From IMG/VR virus record IMGVR_UViG_3300005337_000001, positions 131,581 through 195,580 of that record: a DNA stretch of 64,000 nucleotides; one strand, 5' to 3'. The first letter of the stretch is position 1. Each line of letters begins with the position of its first letter. Positions 42,826-52,474 of the stretch are shown here, in pieces. The stretch comes from a virus. A program made the translations under genes and the position numbers. Below the pieces are notes generated by a model, which made no database searches, was not told where the DNA came from, and worked only from the letters and a program-made list of their open reading frames with translations.

Positions 42826-43193
42826 TTGGACCTGATGTCTTTGCCGATTTGCTTGAGCAGATCGGTGACCTTTTGCGGGTCGCCCTGCACAGCTTCGATT
42901 TCAGCCACCTGCTGCTTGGTCTCCGCGTCGACGACCTGTGCGCGCTGCACCTCAATTGCGGAGAGCTCCTGAGAAGCGACGACGTCGGCTTGCTGCTTCT
43001 TGGCGGCAGCCTCATCGTCCAGCTTGGCCTTGACCTCTTCATGCCCCTCGAGTGAAGGGCTAACGACGTTCGTGGTCGTCTTTGCCGACGCACGCCCCAG
43101 GACGTAGGCCAGCACGCCGATAGGGAAGAGCAGCCACTTCCAGTACTTCTTCAGCCACTCCCACGTGGCCTTGAGCCAGAGCGGGGCGGTCAT
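42822..43193 (-). CDS. Rz/i-spanin-like protein
   Basis: N-terminal TM WKWLLFPIGVLAYVLG followed by a coiled coil; follows the holin-like gene. Confidence 0.55.
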   Translation of the reverse strand: MTAPLWLKATWEWLKKYWKWLLFPIGVLAYVLGRASAKTTTNVVSPSLEGHEEVKAKLDDEAAAKKQQADVVASQELSAIEVQRAQVVDAETKQQVAEIEAVQGDPQKVTDLLKQIGKDIRSK

Positions 43194-43618
43194 TCGTCGT
43201 CCGTGTCGCCGCCAGGGTTGATGTCGATGCCCATCTTCTGTTTGAAGGCTCGCTTCAACGCCTGGTAGATGAAGCCAGCGAACCAGCCCACGCAGCCGCC
43301 GAACGCAATGCGTCCACCCTTGTCGCCGATGCCATCGAAAAAGAAGTCGCTACGCAGGAGCGTGGAGAGCGCGCCGAACGCGACGGGCAGAGCAGGTAGC
43401 AGAACGGTGTTCCACCAACGCGACATCGCCGTGAGGTAGGTGATCTTCGGTGAGTTTTCGTCGTGCTGCTTCTTGAGCGTCGGCCAGACGTTCTCGAAGC
43501 TGCGACGCACGAACAGTGTGGCGACGAAGATGATGACCGCCAGCACGTACGTGCCCGGCCTCGTAAGGAGCGCGACGATGTCGAGATCTTGCACAGGCGG
43601 TACTTGCGGCTGGTCCAT
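43190..43618 (-). CDS. holin-like membrane protein
   Basis: Three hydrophobic segments, charged C-tail, AGGAG RBS. Confidence 0.6.
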   Translation of the reverse strand: MDQPQVPPVQDLDIVALLTRPGTYVLAVIIFVATLFVRRSFENVWPTLKKQHDENSPKITYLTAMSRWWNTVLLPALPVAFGALSTLLRSDFFFDGIGDKGGRIAFGGCVGWFAGFIYQALKRAFKQKMGIDINPGGDTDDE

Positions 43619-43630
43619 GAAGTGCTCCTA

Positions 43631-45748
43631 TCAGACGGTGTAGTCAGTGCGCTTCGCCAACCAAACGCTGGCGGTGATCGGCGAAGTGATCGACATCAAG
43701 TGGAAATGGTAGCTGACGTAGACGGTTTCCGAGAACTCGTCGCCGGTGCTGAGCGGCAACACGTTGTCGGTCTCGGAGAAGACAAAGTTGGCAGGCCAGG
43801 TGATGCTCACGTGCGGCGTGCCAGTGGGGATGGCGATGTCGAGCGTGAACTCGTCGCCGTCCTCGGGGACGTAGCCCTTTGACGTGTCGATCGAAAACAC
43901 GATGGGAGACGGGTCCGTGCTCCAGTTCGTGGCTGGCTGGATGACGACTTGACCGCCAGCCATTGGGTTCCAAGCAACTGCACCACCGCCGTTGGGTACG
44001 CTGAAGCGCTGCTGCAGCTTGCTGATCATGCTGAAGCGCTGCTTGCCGCCAGCTACTAGAACGCTGCCGTCGCCGTACAAAAATCCGTTGTAGACCAGCG
44101 TACCGTCGAGGTCGAAGCCGCCCCATGCCAATGACTGCAGCACGCTCGGCGATGTGATGCCTATGTCGGCTCGACAGAGCGACGACATGAAAGCGGCGTA
44201 GGGCACTAACCCGTTGATGTTGTACGAGCTGTGCAGAACACCAGGAGACGCCACCATGAAGTGCGGCGTGCCTTGCGAGCCGTTCGCAGCACGATGGGTA
44301 CCGCCAATGGACACAGTAGGCTGCAGCCAACGCAGACGCACAGACGCAGAAGCTCCTGATGGTCCTATGGGTGGATTTGCACCAGTAAGCGCCTTCACCG
44401 TAATGCGCGTGGTGCTCAGAATCGAATCGACGCGGTATGTGCCAACCACCTGCCCCGTGGCGTTGTTGGTGACTTCGATGAGGTCGGTCTTGCGCAAGCC
44501 CGTTCGATTCGAGCCGTCCTTGACGAAGTCAGATCCTCCGACCTGCAAAGTACGACGACTGGTCGTATCGGTCAGCGCATCCGGATTCACCGTAGCCACT
44601 GTGGCTGGGTTGATGCGCGTGAGAACCGCTGCGCCTGTGAGAGTGCTAGCGAGAATCGCACGCGGGATAGCATCAAGAAGTAGAGGCCCGGTTACATGAC
44701 CGCTGGCCACTTCATTGGCGTCGTTGGTGTTGTGGTAGGGCGATTCTTGCGTCAGGCCAACATCACCGCCACGCGTCAGATCGTAGCCAGTAGTTGTAGT
44801 GGTGGTCGTACGCTTGAGCCGCAGCATCGCGAACAACGGGTCCGGGTACTTGTCGACGCCGACGGTGCCGACGGTATCGAGCAAGTAAGTAGGAGCTCGT
44901 AGCTCAACACCAGGGCCGTCTCGGGTGATGAAGCCGCCATTGCCAGGCGTGTCCATCGTCGTGCCAACACCAGGGTCGGCGATAGAGGACAAGCGGTAGC
45001 GACCATCCAAGCCAGTGCGCGCCAGGGAATTGATAGTAGCCAACCACGGGTCGTTCCACGTGGCGCCGATGGCCGCATGCAGATCACGCAGCACACGTTC
45101 GACCTCACCTGAAACCTCTTGCGCGCTACGAATCTTGATGTTCGTGAACGCATCCTTGGGCATCGTCGCCAAGTTGGTGCGAACGCCGTAGAGCACATGG
45201 TAGGTCGTACCTGCCGGAATCGGGACGTTCAGATTGACGGTGGGGGTGTTGAAGAATCCCGACGTCTGCGTACCAACGACGTTGGCGCTAGCGCCGTCGT
45301 GAATGAGCAGCGCCTTCACCGTGACGCCAGCCGCCGTGATGATCTCGTTGTCGTTGAGGTCGAGCACGCTGACTAGCAGATCGCGCGTTGCCTGGTTGTT
45401 AGGCACGCCGAATTCGCCCACGAAGACCTGCGCAGCAATGACGATAGAGCTCACTGGCGAGCCCGCAAGCACATTTGCCGTCTGCTCCGTGATCGCGAGG
45501 TCGCGACGCATCAGGTTGTCGAGGATGTCGGTGTTCTCCGCCAACGCCGCCAACCCACGATTGGTAAAGGTAGAGGTGGCATCCTCTCCAAACGCAACGA
45601 GGTAAGTACCTTGGTTAGGACCGGATGACTTCTTGCCGTCTGTGAAAGAGGCAACGCCCGGGTCGCCGTTCAGCGGCGGGTTGTTGATGTAGTCGTAGCC
45701 CCCGGGGAGGCCGCCAAAGTAGGTGGGTACTGCTAGACGATGAAACAT
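43631..45748 (-). CDS. tail fibre / baseplate-associated protein
   Basis: 705 aa, Thr/Gly/Val-rich; coupled downstream of baseplate genes. Confidence 0.6.
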   Translation of the reverse strand: MFHRLAVPTYFGGLPGGYDYINNPPLNGDPGVASFTDGKKSSGPNQGTYLVAFGEDATSTFTNRGLAALAENTDILDNLMRRDLAITEQTANVLAGSPVSSIVIAAQVFVGEFGVPNNQATRDLLVSVLDLNDNEIITAAGVTVKALLIHDGASANVVGTQTSGFFNTPTVNLNVPIPAGTTYHVLYGVRTNLATMPKDAFTNIKIRSAQEVSGEVERVLRDLHAAIGATWNDPWLATINSLARTGLDGRYRLSSIADPGVGTTMDTPGNGGFITRDGPGVELRAPTYLLDTVGTVGVDKYPDPLFAMLRLKRTTTTTTTGYDLTRGGDVGLTQESPYHNTNDANEVASGHVTGPLLLDAIPRAILASTLTGAAVLTRINPATVATVNPDALTDTTSRRTLQVGGSDFVKDGSNRTGLRKTDLIEVTNNATGQVVGTYRVDSILSTTRITVKALTGANPPIGPSGASASVRLRWLQPTVSIGGTHRAANGSQGTPHFMVASPGVLHSSYNINGLVPYAAFMSSLCRADIGITSPSVLQSLAWGGFDLDGTLVYNGFLYGDGSVLVAGGKQRFSMISKLQQRFSVPNGGGAVAWNPMAGGQVVIQPATNWSTDPSPIVFSIDTSKGYVPEDGDEFTLDIAIPTGTPHVSITWPANFVFSETDNVLPLSTGDEFSETVYVSYHFHLMSITSPITASVWLAKRTDYTV

Positions 45749-46377
45749 CAGAACCTAACCGTCCATTCGACCTCGAGCTCCAAGGCTCCGGTCTTTGAAA
45801 TCGTGTCGAACGTGTCGTAGGCAACGCCTGTGTTGAAAGGCTGACCGATAGGATTTGCGGCGGAGGTGAAGAGCATCACCTCACTGAGCGGCACCGTGAG
45901 GAACGAGGAGTAGCTGATCTCCAGCTGCGTGAACAGGCGACGGAAGGTCACCTGCGTCGCCGTGTTATGGATGGGCGGCGCTTGAATGGTGCCGAGCCAC
46001 ACGTCACCTGAGTCGTACGGGTCGCTCGGAGTCGTCGTAGTGCCAGAGACACGTACCGGGCGCTCGAGCGTCGTGACCGTCGGGTCGAGGTCTGTCTGCG
46101 CGTTGAGGCCAGGATACGCCGTGGACATGGGCGGGCTATTGGCCACGCTGGGCGCTACTTGTCGCGTGCCACCGATCCCGAAGCCCATGTACTTGATGCG
46201 GTCGTTGCGCTCCGGCGTATCGGGGCCGTACGAAACCAAAGCGATGAGGCTGGCCAAGTACTCGCGCCCGAGGTCGACCCAGATGTTGTGGCCTTCCCTG
46301 CGCTGGACAATCTTCCCGCGCTCACGCGCGATGAGCTTGAGGTTGTTCTTGACCTCGACTGTCTCTTGGAACCTCAT
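45748..46377 (-). CDS. baseplate / fibre-attachment protein
   Basis: NIWVDLGREYLA..YMGFGIGG motif typical of myovirus baseplate genes; context. Confidence 0.55.
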   Translation of the reverse strand: MRFQETVEVKNNLKLIARERGKIVQRREGHNIWVDLGREYLASLIALVSYGPDTPERNDRIKYMGFGIGGTRQVAPSVANSPPMSTAYPGLNAQTDLDPTVTTLERPVRVSGTTTTPSDPYDSGDVWLGTIQAPPIHNTATQVTFRRLFTQLEISYSSFLTVPLSEVMLFTSAANPIGQPFNTGVAYDTFDTISKTGALELEVEWTVRF

Positions 46378-46405
46378 CGTACTTCTCGTGATTCTAACAT
46401 GAAGG

Positions 46406-49400
46406 TCACGCTACTCTGACGAAGCAATAGTCGCCAGCTGGGAGGCCTGTGTCGAAGGCAAAAGCGATGGGCGTCTGCATCAAAGTGACCGAAAGGTAGG
46501 ACCAGACAGGTGCTCGCGCGCCGCCGGTGGCCGGACGTATGCGGACCTGCAGGGTGTTGGTAGCCGCCACCGCCAAGGTGATGGGTACCTGCAAAATCAC
46601 ACCCGATGGAGTGACCGTAACCGGAACGACCAGCGCGTCCACGCCGTTCTTCCTGATGACAATCTCGTAGTTGCCAGGATCTGGCCCGAGCGTGCCGCTA
46701 ATTACCAGCCGCAGCTGCTCCAGAGTGCCCGTAACCGTCACGGTCGATGTACCGGGCAGCGCTAGCCCAGTCGGGCCTGCAGCCACCGACGTCACTGCAG
46801 TCGTAGTGAAGTGGTGAGAGGGCGCGTTGCTAACGTCGAACTGGAAGCCACCGTCGAACGGCACAACGCCACCAGGGTGCGTGAGGCAGTACGAGAACGT
46901 GATCTCGTCTTCCGGGCAGAGGTAGTTCTTGTCGAAGCCCCAGGTGACTGGCTCCGACGTCGGAAAGGTGGGCGGCGGATTCGTGGGGTCGAAGTCCGAG
47001 TCAAATTGGTTGCGCACGCCGCCGCCGCCGGCGCGGAAGTCGTCGAACATCGTCGTCTCGCCCATCAGCCCGTTGAAGCAGGCTCCATCGTTCAAGATGA
47101 GCGTGGCTGCGTACGTCACTTCATCGGTCACGTTTACTTCCGTGTCGCCTACCTTCGCCCGCACGATGAAGAGCGGAAAGACGTAGGTCGGTTTCACACG
47201 GAGGATGAAGTTCCGAACGAACATCATCGAGCTCAGGTTGAACACGGCGCTGTCGACACGCACCATGAACTTGTGGAACTTTTCCACCTCGAAGAAGATG
47301 CCCTGGTTCAAGATACCCTGAAACCAGGACGGGTCTTTGATGTAGTCGACGACCTCCGCACCTTGCACAAGAGGAGCGAATTGCGTCACCGAGTCGCCGA
47401 CAGCATAGGTCACACCCGTGTCCGGGTTGATCTCCAGCGTCAGCGAGCTCGGAAAGGAGTACGAGCGCACGACAGCCGTATTGGCTGCGTCGCGCATCAG
47501 GATGCGGCCCTGCGTCGGCGAGAAGTCCGTCCGAATCTCTTCGATGGTGCCCGGCTCTTCAGCGTACGGCAGGCCTAGCAGGATCTGCGTGCCTACGCGC
47601 AGGTTGAACATCGTCGGCCCGTTGATGAACGAGTACCAAAGACCGCGCACAGCCGACAAGTAGTCGAGGTCCGAATCGAGCTCGGAGAATTGGTCGAGTG
47701 TGAGCTCCGCCGGGATGCCGAAGTTGGCCTCGATCGTCGGTCTGTTGTCGAGGTATGTGACCTCAGCCCAAAGCCGATCCGGAGGTACTTCCCCTTGCCA
47801 CACGTCGCCGAGGTCGCCAGCATTGCCAGCGACAAAGCGCAGGGAGCTCCGGCCGCGGAATTCTTCGATGAAGTAGTCGATGTTCCGACGGAGCAGCGCG
47901 GAGTCGTCCGTCTCCTTGATGTTCTCCTGCAGCCCAGGAATGTCCTGCACCAGCGCGCCGATGGGCAAGTGCGAACGGCGGATCACGTAGGCCAAGCACA
48001 CCGAAGTGGGGTCTGCTGCCATCGCTCCCAAGAGCGGCGCAGTGTAGAAAACACCAAGGCGGCCAGGGTCCTGCTGGCAGGCACCGGCCACCGTGGTGCT
48101 GGTCAAAATAACGGCGGTACCATTGGTCACTTCGAACACCGCGGTGTCGCCGGCGCTCACCATGCCGTTGTAGAAGTCGAGCAGGCGGCTCGCAACCTGA
48201 CCAGGAATGCTCCAGGTCGTGCCGGGAAGTAGCGGTAGGTCTGTCTGCAGGACGATGCGCTGGAAGCGGACGTCGTCGATCGGGTCGTCTGCGAGACGCG
48301 AAATCTTGTAGGCCTCACCACCAATAACCAAGAGGTCGCCTTCGGTGATGCCCAAGCCATCGATCGAGAAGTCCACCTTGTACGTACGCGAGGTGAGACG
48401 CTGGCCAGACGTACCTGCAGGGGCTCCGTTGAGAGTACCAGCCGTGAAGTGCGTCAGAGAGTTCGTACCTTCACCGATGGCAAAGATGAAAGGCGCGTAG
48501 ATGCGAATTCGCACGAAGCCGCTGGGCTGTACGACTATGGTCGCCGAGTACCCAGGATTCTTCGCCCTCAGCACCATCTGAATTCTGGCTGCGATGTCTT
48601 CCGGCGTGTACGGGTCTGGCAGCGGAAAGGTGACCCTGATTGGGTCATGTAGCGGCGAAGTGATCTCGAGAATTGAGCCGAAGAAGCCGCCGTTGACTTG
48701 GCCGGTAACGAGGTCGGTGGAAGTGATGCCAGCAAAGATGGCGCGCGTCGTCGTGAGCGTCGGCAGTGGCTCCGGCAGCTTCAAGTCGTAGTGCAGCCAG
48801 CGACGCTGAAACGTACGTTGAATGTCGCGCAGGCTCTTCGAATAATCGATTTGCCAGAGCGTCATGAGCTCGGCAGCCGCCACTTGAGCCATGCCCTCCC
48901 ACAACGTCTGGATGCGCTCGCGGTCCTCGACGAGCTTCCAGAAGTCGCTCAAGTGCTGCCACACGAAACCGAGGTCGGGGACCACGCCTTTCGGCACAGA
49001 GCTCTCGAGCACGTTGACGATGGTCACCGACGGCAAGCTCAAATATTGACCGTCGAAGACAACCAGATCGAAGCGCCAAATACCAGGTACGTCCGGGAAG
49101 AACGAAGGCTTGGCAGAAGTGGGGTTCGACAGCACGCGTTGCCGTAGCAACTTGAAGAAGATGTTGACGAGGTTGTCCGCCAACAAATTGTCGGAGAGCT
49201 CGACGTAGAAGCCCGTACCGTCGATACCGCTAGAAACAATCGAGTAGGGAGTGCCGGCGAACAGCAGCACGTCACCTACCGCGAGTGGGTCGATCAAATC
49301 CTCGTTGCCGAGCTGCACGGAGTAGAACTTGAACGCAGTACCATCTGGGATGGCCTGAGGCACGGTGAAGCCGTCGCTGCCTTCGAACGAAAACGCGCTG

Positions 49401-50287
49401 TCGAGCGGCGCGTCGATCATGCGCCAGCTGTACGTGATATTGCCACCTTCAGGATCGAAGCTGGCGGTGCCATCGAGCAAGCCCAATGTGCAGGTGCGCA
49501 TCGACTGGTCTCGACCAGCGTCGGCGCGCGGCGGCAGGTTGGGCATGATCAAACCAGTGCCCATGCAAATCTGGTCGAACAGAGCCGAGACGAGACTGAC
49601 AGCCGTTCCACGCACGCTCAGCTGCGCGCCATCGCCGGCGAACCCGCCGGTGGGTATGGCCGGCAGGATGGCGATGAGCTGGTGCCCAATGTAGGGAACG
49701 TCGACGGTCTTCGTTGCGAAGAGGTAGGTGGTTGAAGTCGCTGCATCGACCGCGATGCGAAACGTGTACGAGACGTTCTCTTGAATGAGGCCAGCCGTAC
49801 CCGGAATTACTTGAAGCGGGCCGTCCAAGACGAGACCAGCAGCCAGGTGCACGGCACCTGAGTAGCCGATGCCTGCTTGCGTGATGAAGAGCCCGCCAGC
49901 AAAGCCGGTGGCGTTCTGACCACCGAAGTACGTGTGCGAGTGCGTGATGTCGCTGAAATCAGACGGCAGATCCGTGAACATCGCCACGACCTGCAAGGTC
50001 CATGAAGAAGGAACCCCTACAGAGATGGTGAGGAAAGCGTCGTCCGTCGACGACGTAGGCCCGCCACTGCTCACCCGAAGATCGTCGCCTTCGATGCTGA
50101 ACTGCCCACCGGCGTCGACTACCGAAACATCGGGAGAGACCAGGATCTCCCCCATCGACGTCGGGTCGTCGAAGAAGCAAAACAGATCGAAGCCGTCCGG
50201 AGGCTCGGGCGGCGGCGCGCTCGGCAGGAAGAAGCCGCCCCACGGCGTTAGACCCCAGCCAAAACCCCAGCCTCCGCTTCCACTCAC
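46406..50287 (-). CDS. large baseplate wedge protein with a PKD-like domain
   Basis: PPRADAGRDQ..LDGTASFDPEG..YSWR; later wedge-like segment MFVRNFILRVKPTY. Confidence 0.65.
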   Translation of the reverse strand: MSGSGGWGFGWGLTPWGGFFLPSAPPPEPPDGFDLFCFFDDPTSMGEILVSPDVSVVDAGGQFSIEGDDLRVSSGGPTSSTDDAFLTISVGVPSSWTLQVVAMFTDLPSDFSDITHSHTYFGGQNATGFAGGLFITQAGIGYSGAVHLAAGLVLDGPLQVIPGTAGLIQENVSYTFRIAVDAATSTTYLFATKTVDVPYIGHQLIAILPAIPTGGFAGDGAQLSVRGTAVSLVSALFDQICMGTGLIMPNLPPRADAGRDQSMRTCTLGLLDGTASFDPEGGNITYSWRMIDAPLDSAFSFEGSDGFTVPQAIPDGTAFKFYSVQLGNEDLIDPLAVGDVLLFAGTPYSIVSSGIDGTGFYVELSDNLLADNLVNIFFKLLRQRVLSNPTSAKPSFFPDVPGIWRFDLVVFDGQYLSLPSVTIVNVLESSVPKGVVPDLGFVWQHLSDFWKLVEDRERIQTLWEGMAQVAAAELMTLWQIDYSKSLRDIQRTFQRRWLHYDLKLPEPLPTLTTTRAIFAGITSTDLVTGQVNGGFFGSILEITSPLHDPIRVTFPLPDPYTPEDIAARIQMVLRAKNPGYSATIVVQPSGFVRIRIYAPFIFAIGEGTNSLTHFTAGTLNGAPAGTSGQRLTSRTYKVDFSIDGLGITEGDLLVIGGEAYKISRLADDPIDDVRFQRIVLQTDLPLLPGTTWSIPGQVASRLLDFYNGMVSAGDTAVFEVTNGTAVILTSTTVAGACQQDPGRLGVFYTAPLLGAMAADPTSVCLAYVIRRSHLPIGALVQDIPGLQENIKETDDSALLRRNIDYFIEEFRGRSSLRFVAGNAGDLGDVWQGEVPPDRLWAEVTYLDNRPTIEANFGIPAELTLDQFSELDSDLDYLSAVRGLWYSFINGPTMFNLRVGTQILLGLPYAEEPGTIEEIRTDFSPTQGRILMRDAANTAVVRSYSFPSSLTLEINPDTGVTYAVGDSVTQFAPLVQGAEVVDYIKDPSWFQGILNQGIFFEVEKFHKFMVRVDSAVFNLSSMMFVRNFILRVKPTYVFPLFIVRAKVGDTEVNVTDEVTYAATLILNDGACFNGLMGETTMFDDFRAGGGGVRNQFDSDFDPTNPPPTFPTSEPVTWGFDKNYLCPEDEITFSYCLTHPGGVVPFDGGFQFDVSNAPSHHFTTTAVTSVAAGPTGLALPGTSTVTVTGTLEQLRLVISGTLGPDPGNYEIVIRKNGVDALVVPVTVTPSGVILQVPITLAVAATNTLQVRIRPATGGARAPVWSYLSVTLMQTPIAFAFDTGLPAGDYCFVRVA

Positions 50288-50401
50288 GGCACACCTAGCT
50301 GAAAGTTGTACGGCGTTGCGCAGCGCATGGTCGTGGAGACCCTATTATAGGCTGTGGCCGTAGCACAACCATCTCGACCAAAAGCCGAGCAAGTACACCC
50401 C

Positions 50402-52474
50402 CTACTTGTAGCGCAGAGACTGGTGCAGCTCGACGTGGCCCCAAGTGAACAATTTCGACGGGACGTAGCGTGTGTCGTCGAAGGTGATCAAATACTGGTA
50501 CTTGCCCAACGGCACGATCGACGGGTGCGGAAAAGTGTTCACGCTCACCATGTCCGCGTCCAGATTGGCCACGAAGGCGCCTGTCACTAGGTTGTAGATG
50601 CGGGAGAAGGCGTTGCCGCCGGCGAGCATCCAGTACGTCCTGTCCGACTTGAGGATCTTCGTACCCTCGAACGGCGTGTGCGAGCTGTCCTCCATGACGT
50701 TGGTCCACGTCGTCAGGTTCGTCGACGAGTCGATGCAGGCATGGAAGTCGACGCCCAAGTTCGGCGACTTGGTGTACGCCATGTAGTACGTGCTGCCAAT
50801 CTTCACCACGTACGGGTCGTAGTACCCGTTGTTGGACAGACTGATCGTAATTAGCGCCATGCTCGCAACGATGTGCGTACCAACCAGGAGATCGACGCCG
50901 GTCTCGAGCTTGTGCAAAATCTTTGGAACAGTGGTGAGCGAATCCCCCCAGCTGCTGATGAACATGCGGCTGTCGCTACCTATCTTGATGAGCTGACCGG
51001 CATGATCGTTCTGAATCTTGCCAGAACGGTTGACCATGATGCAGCCAAGCTGCACGAGCTCGAACGTCGTCACGTCCAAGCTGAAGGTCGCTTGGTACGT
51101 ACCTCCGTGCGGAACCTGCTCCTGCGTGTCGCTCGCGCTGCCCATGAAGTAGACGAGATTGCCGGACACGTACGGCGTGCCGTCCTCATTGCTCACGATC
51201 GTCTCGTCGCGAATCGAGATACCGCCAAAGCGCCCGAAGATCAAGTTGTCGAACGTAGTGGTGGCGCTGCCGTTGCTCGTCATCGCCAGAGCAGCCTTGT
51301 AGCCACCGCCGGCGACGAGGATCGTCTTCAAGTCGAAGGTCGCTTCAACGTCTGCGCCAGTGATGCGCTCCCAGCCGTTACCTTGGTCAACCCAGCAGGC
51401 GCACGAGTTACCAACCACTGAAAAACCAAGCCGGAATGGCGTCGTAAAACTAATGGTTACGCCGCTGTTGACGTTGTTGGTCCCGTCGCTGATACGTACG
51501 ACCAGGTTGCCATCGAGTGTCGAGTATCGACAAAGAACGAAGTGGGTTGCGTCCTTGACCACGCCCACGCTGAGCCGGCTGCCAGAGCCCGTCATGCTCA
51601 AGATGTCGAGCGACCCAAAGAACTGTGGCAACTGAACTTCCGCGCCTATGACCTCGAACGTGCTCGTGTCCGCCACACCGTGAACGATCTGACCGTGGCC
51701 TCCAGTAAACGAGAAAGTGCCAGGGTTGCCGGCGGTGAACTGCGTGAACTGCCCGGTGTTCGTGGTGAAGGGCTCATTGACGGTGATGAGCGAAGGCGGC
51801 TGCACATCGAAGTAGGCGATTCGTCGCTGGGCGATGAAGTCGTCAAAACTAGTGGTCGCCGTCGCACTTCCAGAGTCGAACACTCCGAAGCCGCAGCGCC
51901 ACAAGGACAGGTCGGTCGCCGTGAGGTCGATGAGCGGCGTCAGGTCGTACGTGATCTTCTGCGTCCAACCCTCTGATGAGCCCGTATCCACGTAGCCCGT
52001 GAGGCGATTCTTGAAGATAGAGATCGCAATCTTGTAGCTCGTGTTGATGAGCGACACGCCAGAGATTTCAGCCTTGATCGACAGGACACCCGCGATACGG
52101 AGGGCGAAATGCATCTTCGCCGAGATCCTGTCGTACTCGAACAGGAGCAGGTTGTTCACGTCTTTGATGATGCCGATGGCGACGGCATCGTTAGCGCTCG
52201 GTGAGCCAGACCTGGCAGCAATCGTCGCCTGAATGAACGTCGTTAGCGACGGCGCTGTACCCGTCTTGACGTAGCAGTCGCGGGCGGAGCCAGAGGCATT
52301 GGTAATGACGCCTTGGCCGCCCGTCACCGCAAAAGAACCAGCGGTGCCGACGTTCAAGACGGTGAACTGACCAACATCTGCGGTGAAGTTCTCGTTGGCG
52401 TAGAACTTCTTTGCGAAGTGCAGCTTGGCAGCACTTCTCTCAGGTTGTACCTGCGACCAAGCAGCTGCGGTCAT
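50402..52474 (-). CDS. receptor-binding protein: two lectin-like repeats + glycosidase-like beta-propeller
   Basis: Internal duplication (F(T)..GQFT...TT(S/T)FD); YYDPYVVKIGSTYYMAY, FEGTKILK and FPHPSIV blades. Confidence 0.6.
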   Translation of the reverse strand: MTAAAWSQVQPERSAAKLHFAKKFYANENFTADVGQFTVLNVGTAGSFAVTGGQGVITNASGSARDCYVKTGTAPSLTTFIQATIAARSGSPSANDAVAIGIIKDVNNLLLFEYDRISAKMHFALRIAGVLSIKAEISGVSLINTSYKIAISIFKNRLTGYVDTGSSEGWTQKITYDLTPLIDLTATDLSLWRCGFGVFDSGSATATTSFDDFIAQRRIAYFDVQPPSLITVNEPFTTNTGQFTQFTAGNPGTFSFTGGHGQIVHGVADTSTFEVIGAEVQLPQFFGSLDILSMTGSGSRLSVGVVKDATHFVLCRYSTLDGNLVVRISDGTNNVNSGVTISFTTPFRLGFSVVGNSCACWVDQGNGWERITGADVEATFDLKTILVAGGGYKAALAMTSNGSATTTFDNLIFGRFGGISIRDETIVSNEDGTPYVSGNLVYFMGSASDTQEQVPHGGTYQATFSLDVTTFELVQLGCIMVNRSGKIQNDHAGQLIKIGSDSRMFISSWGDSLTTVPKILHKLETGVDLLVGTHIVASMALITISLSNNGYYDPYVVKIGSTYYMAYTKSPNLGVDFHACIDSSTNLTTWTNVMEDSSHTPFEGTKILKSDRTYWMLAGGNAFSRIYNLVTGAFVANLDADMVSVNTFPHPSIVPLGKYQYLITFDDTRYVPSKLFTWGHVELHQSLRYK

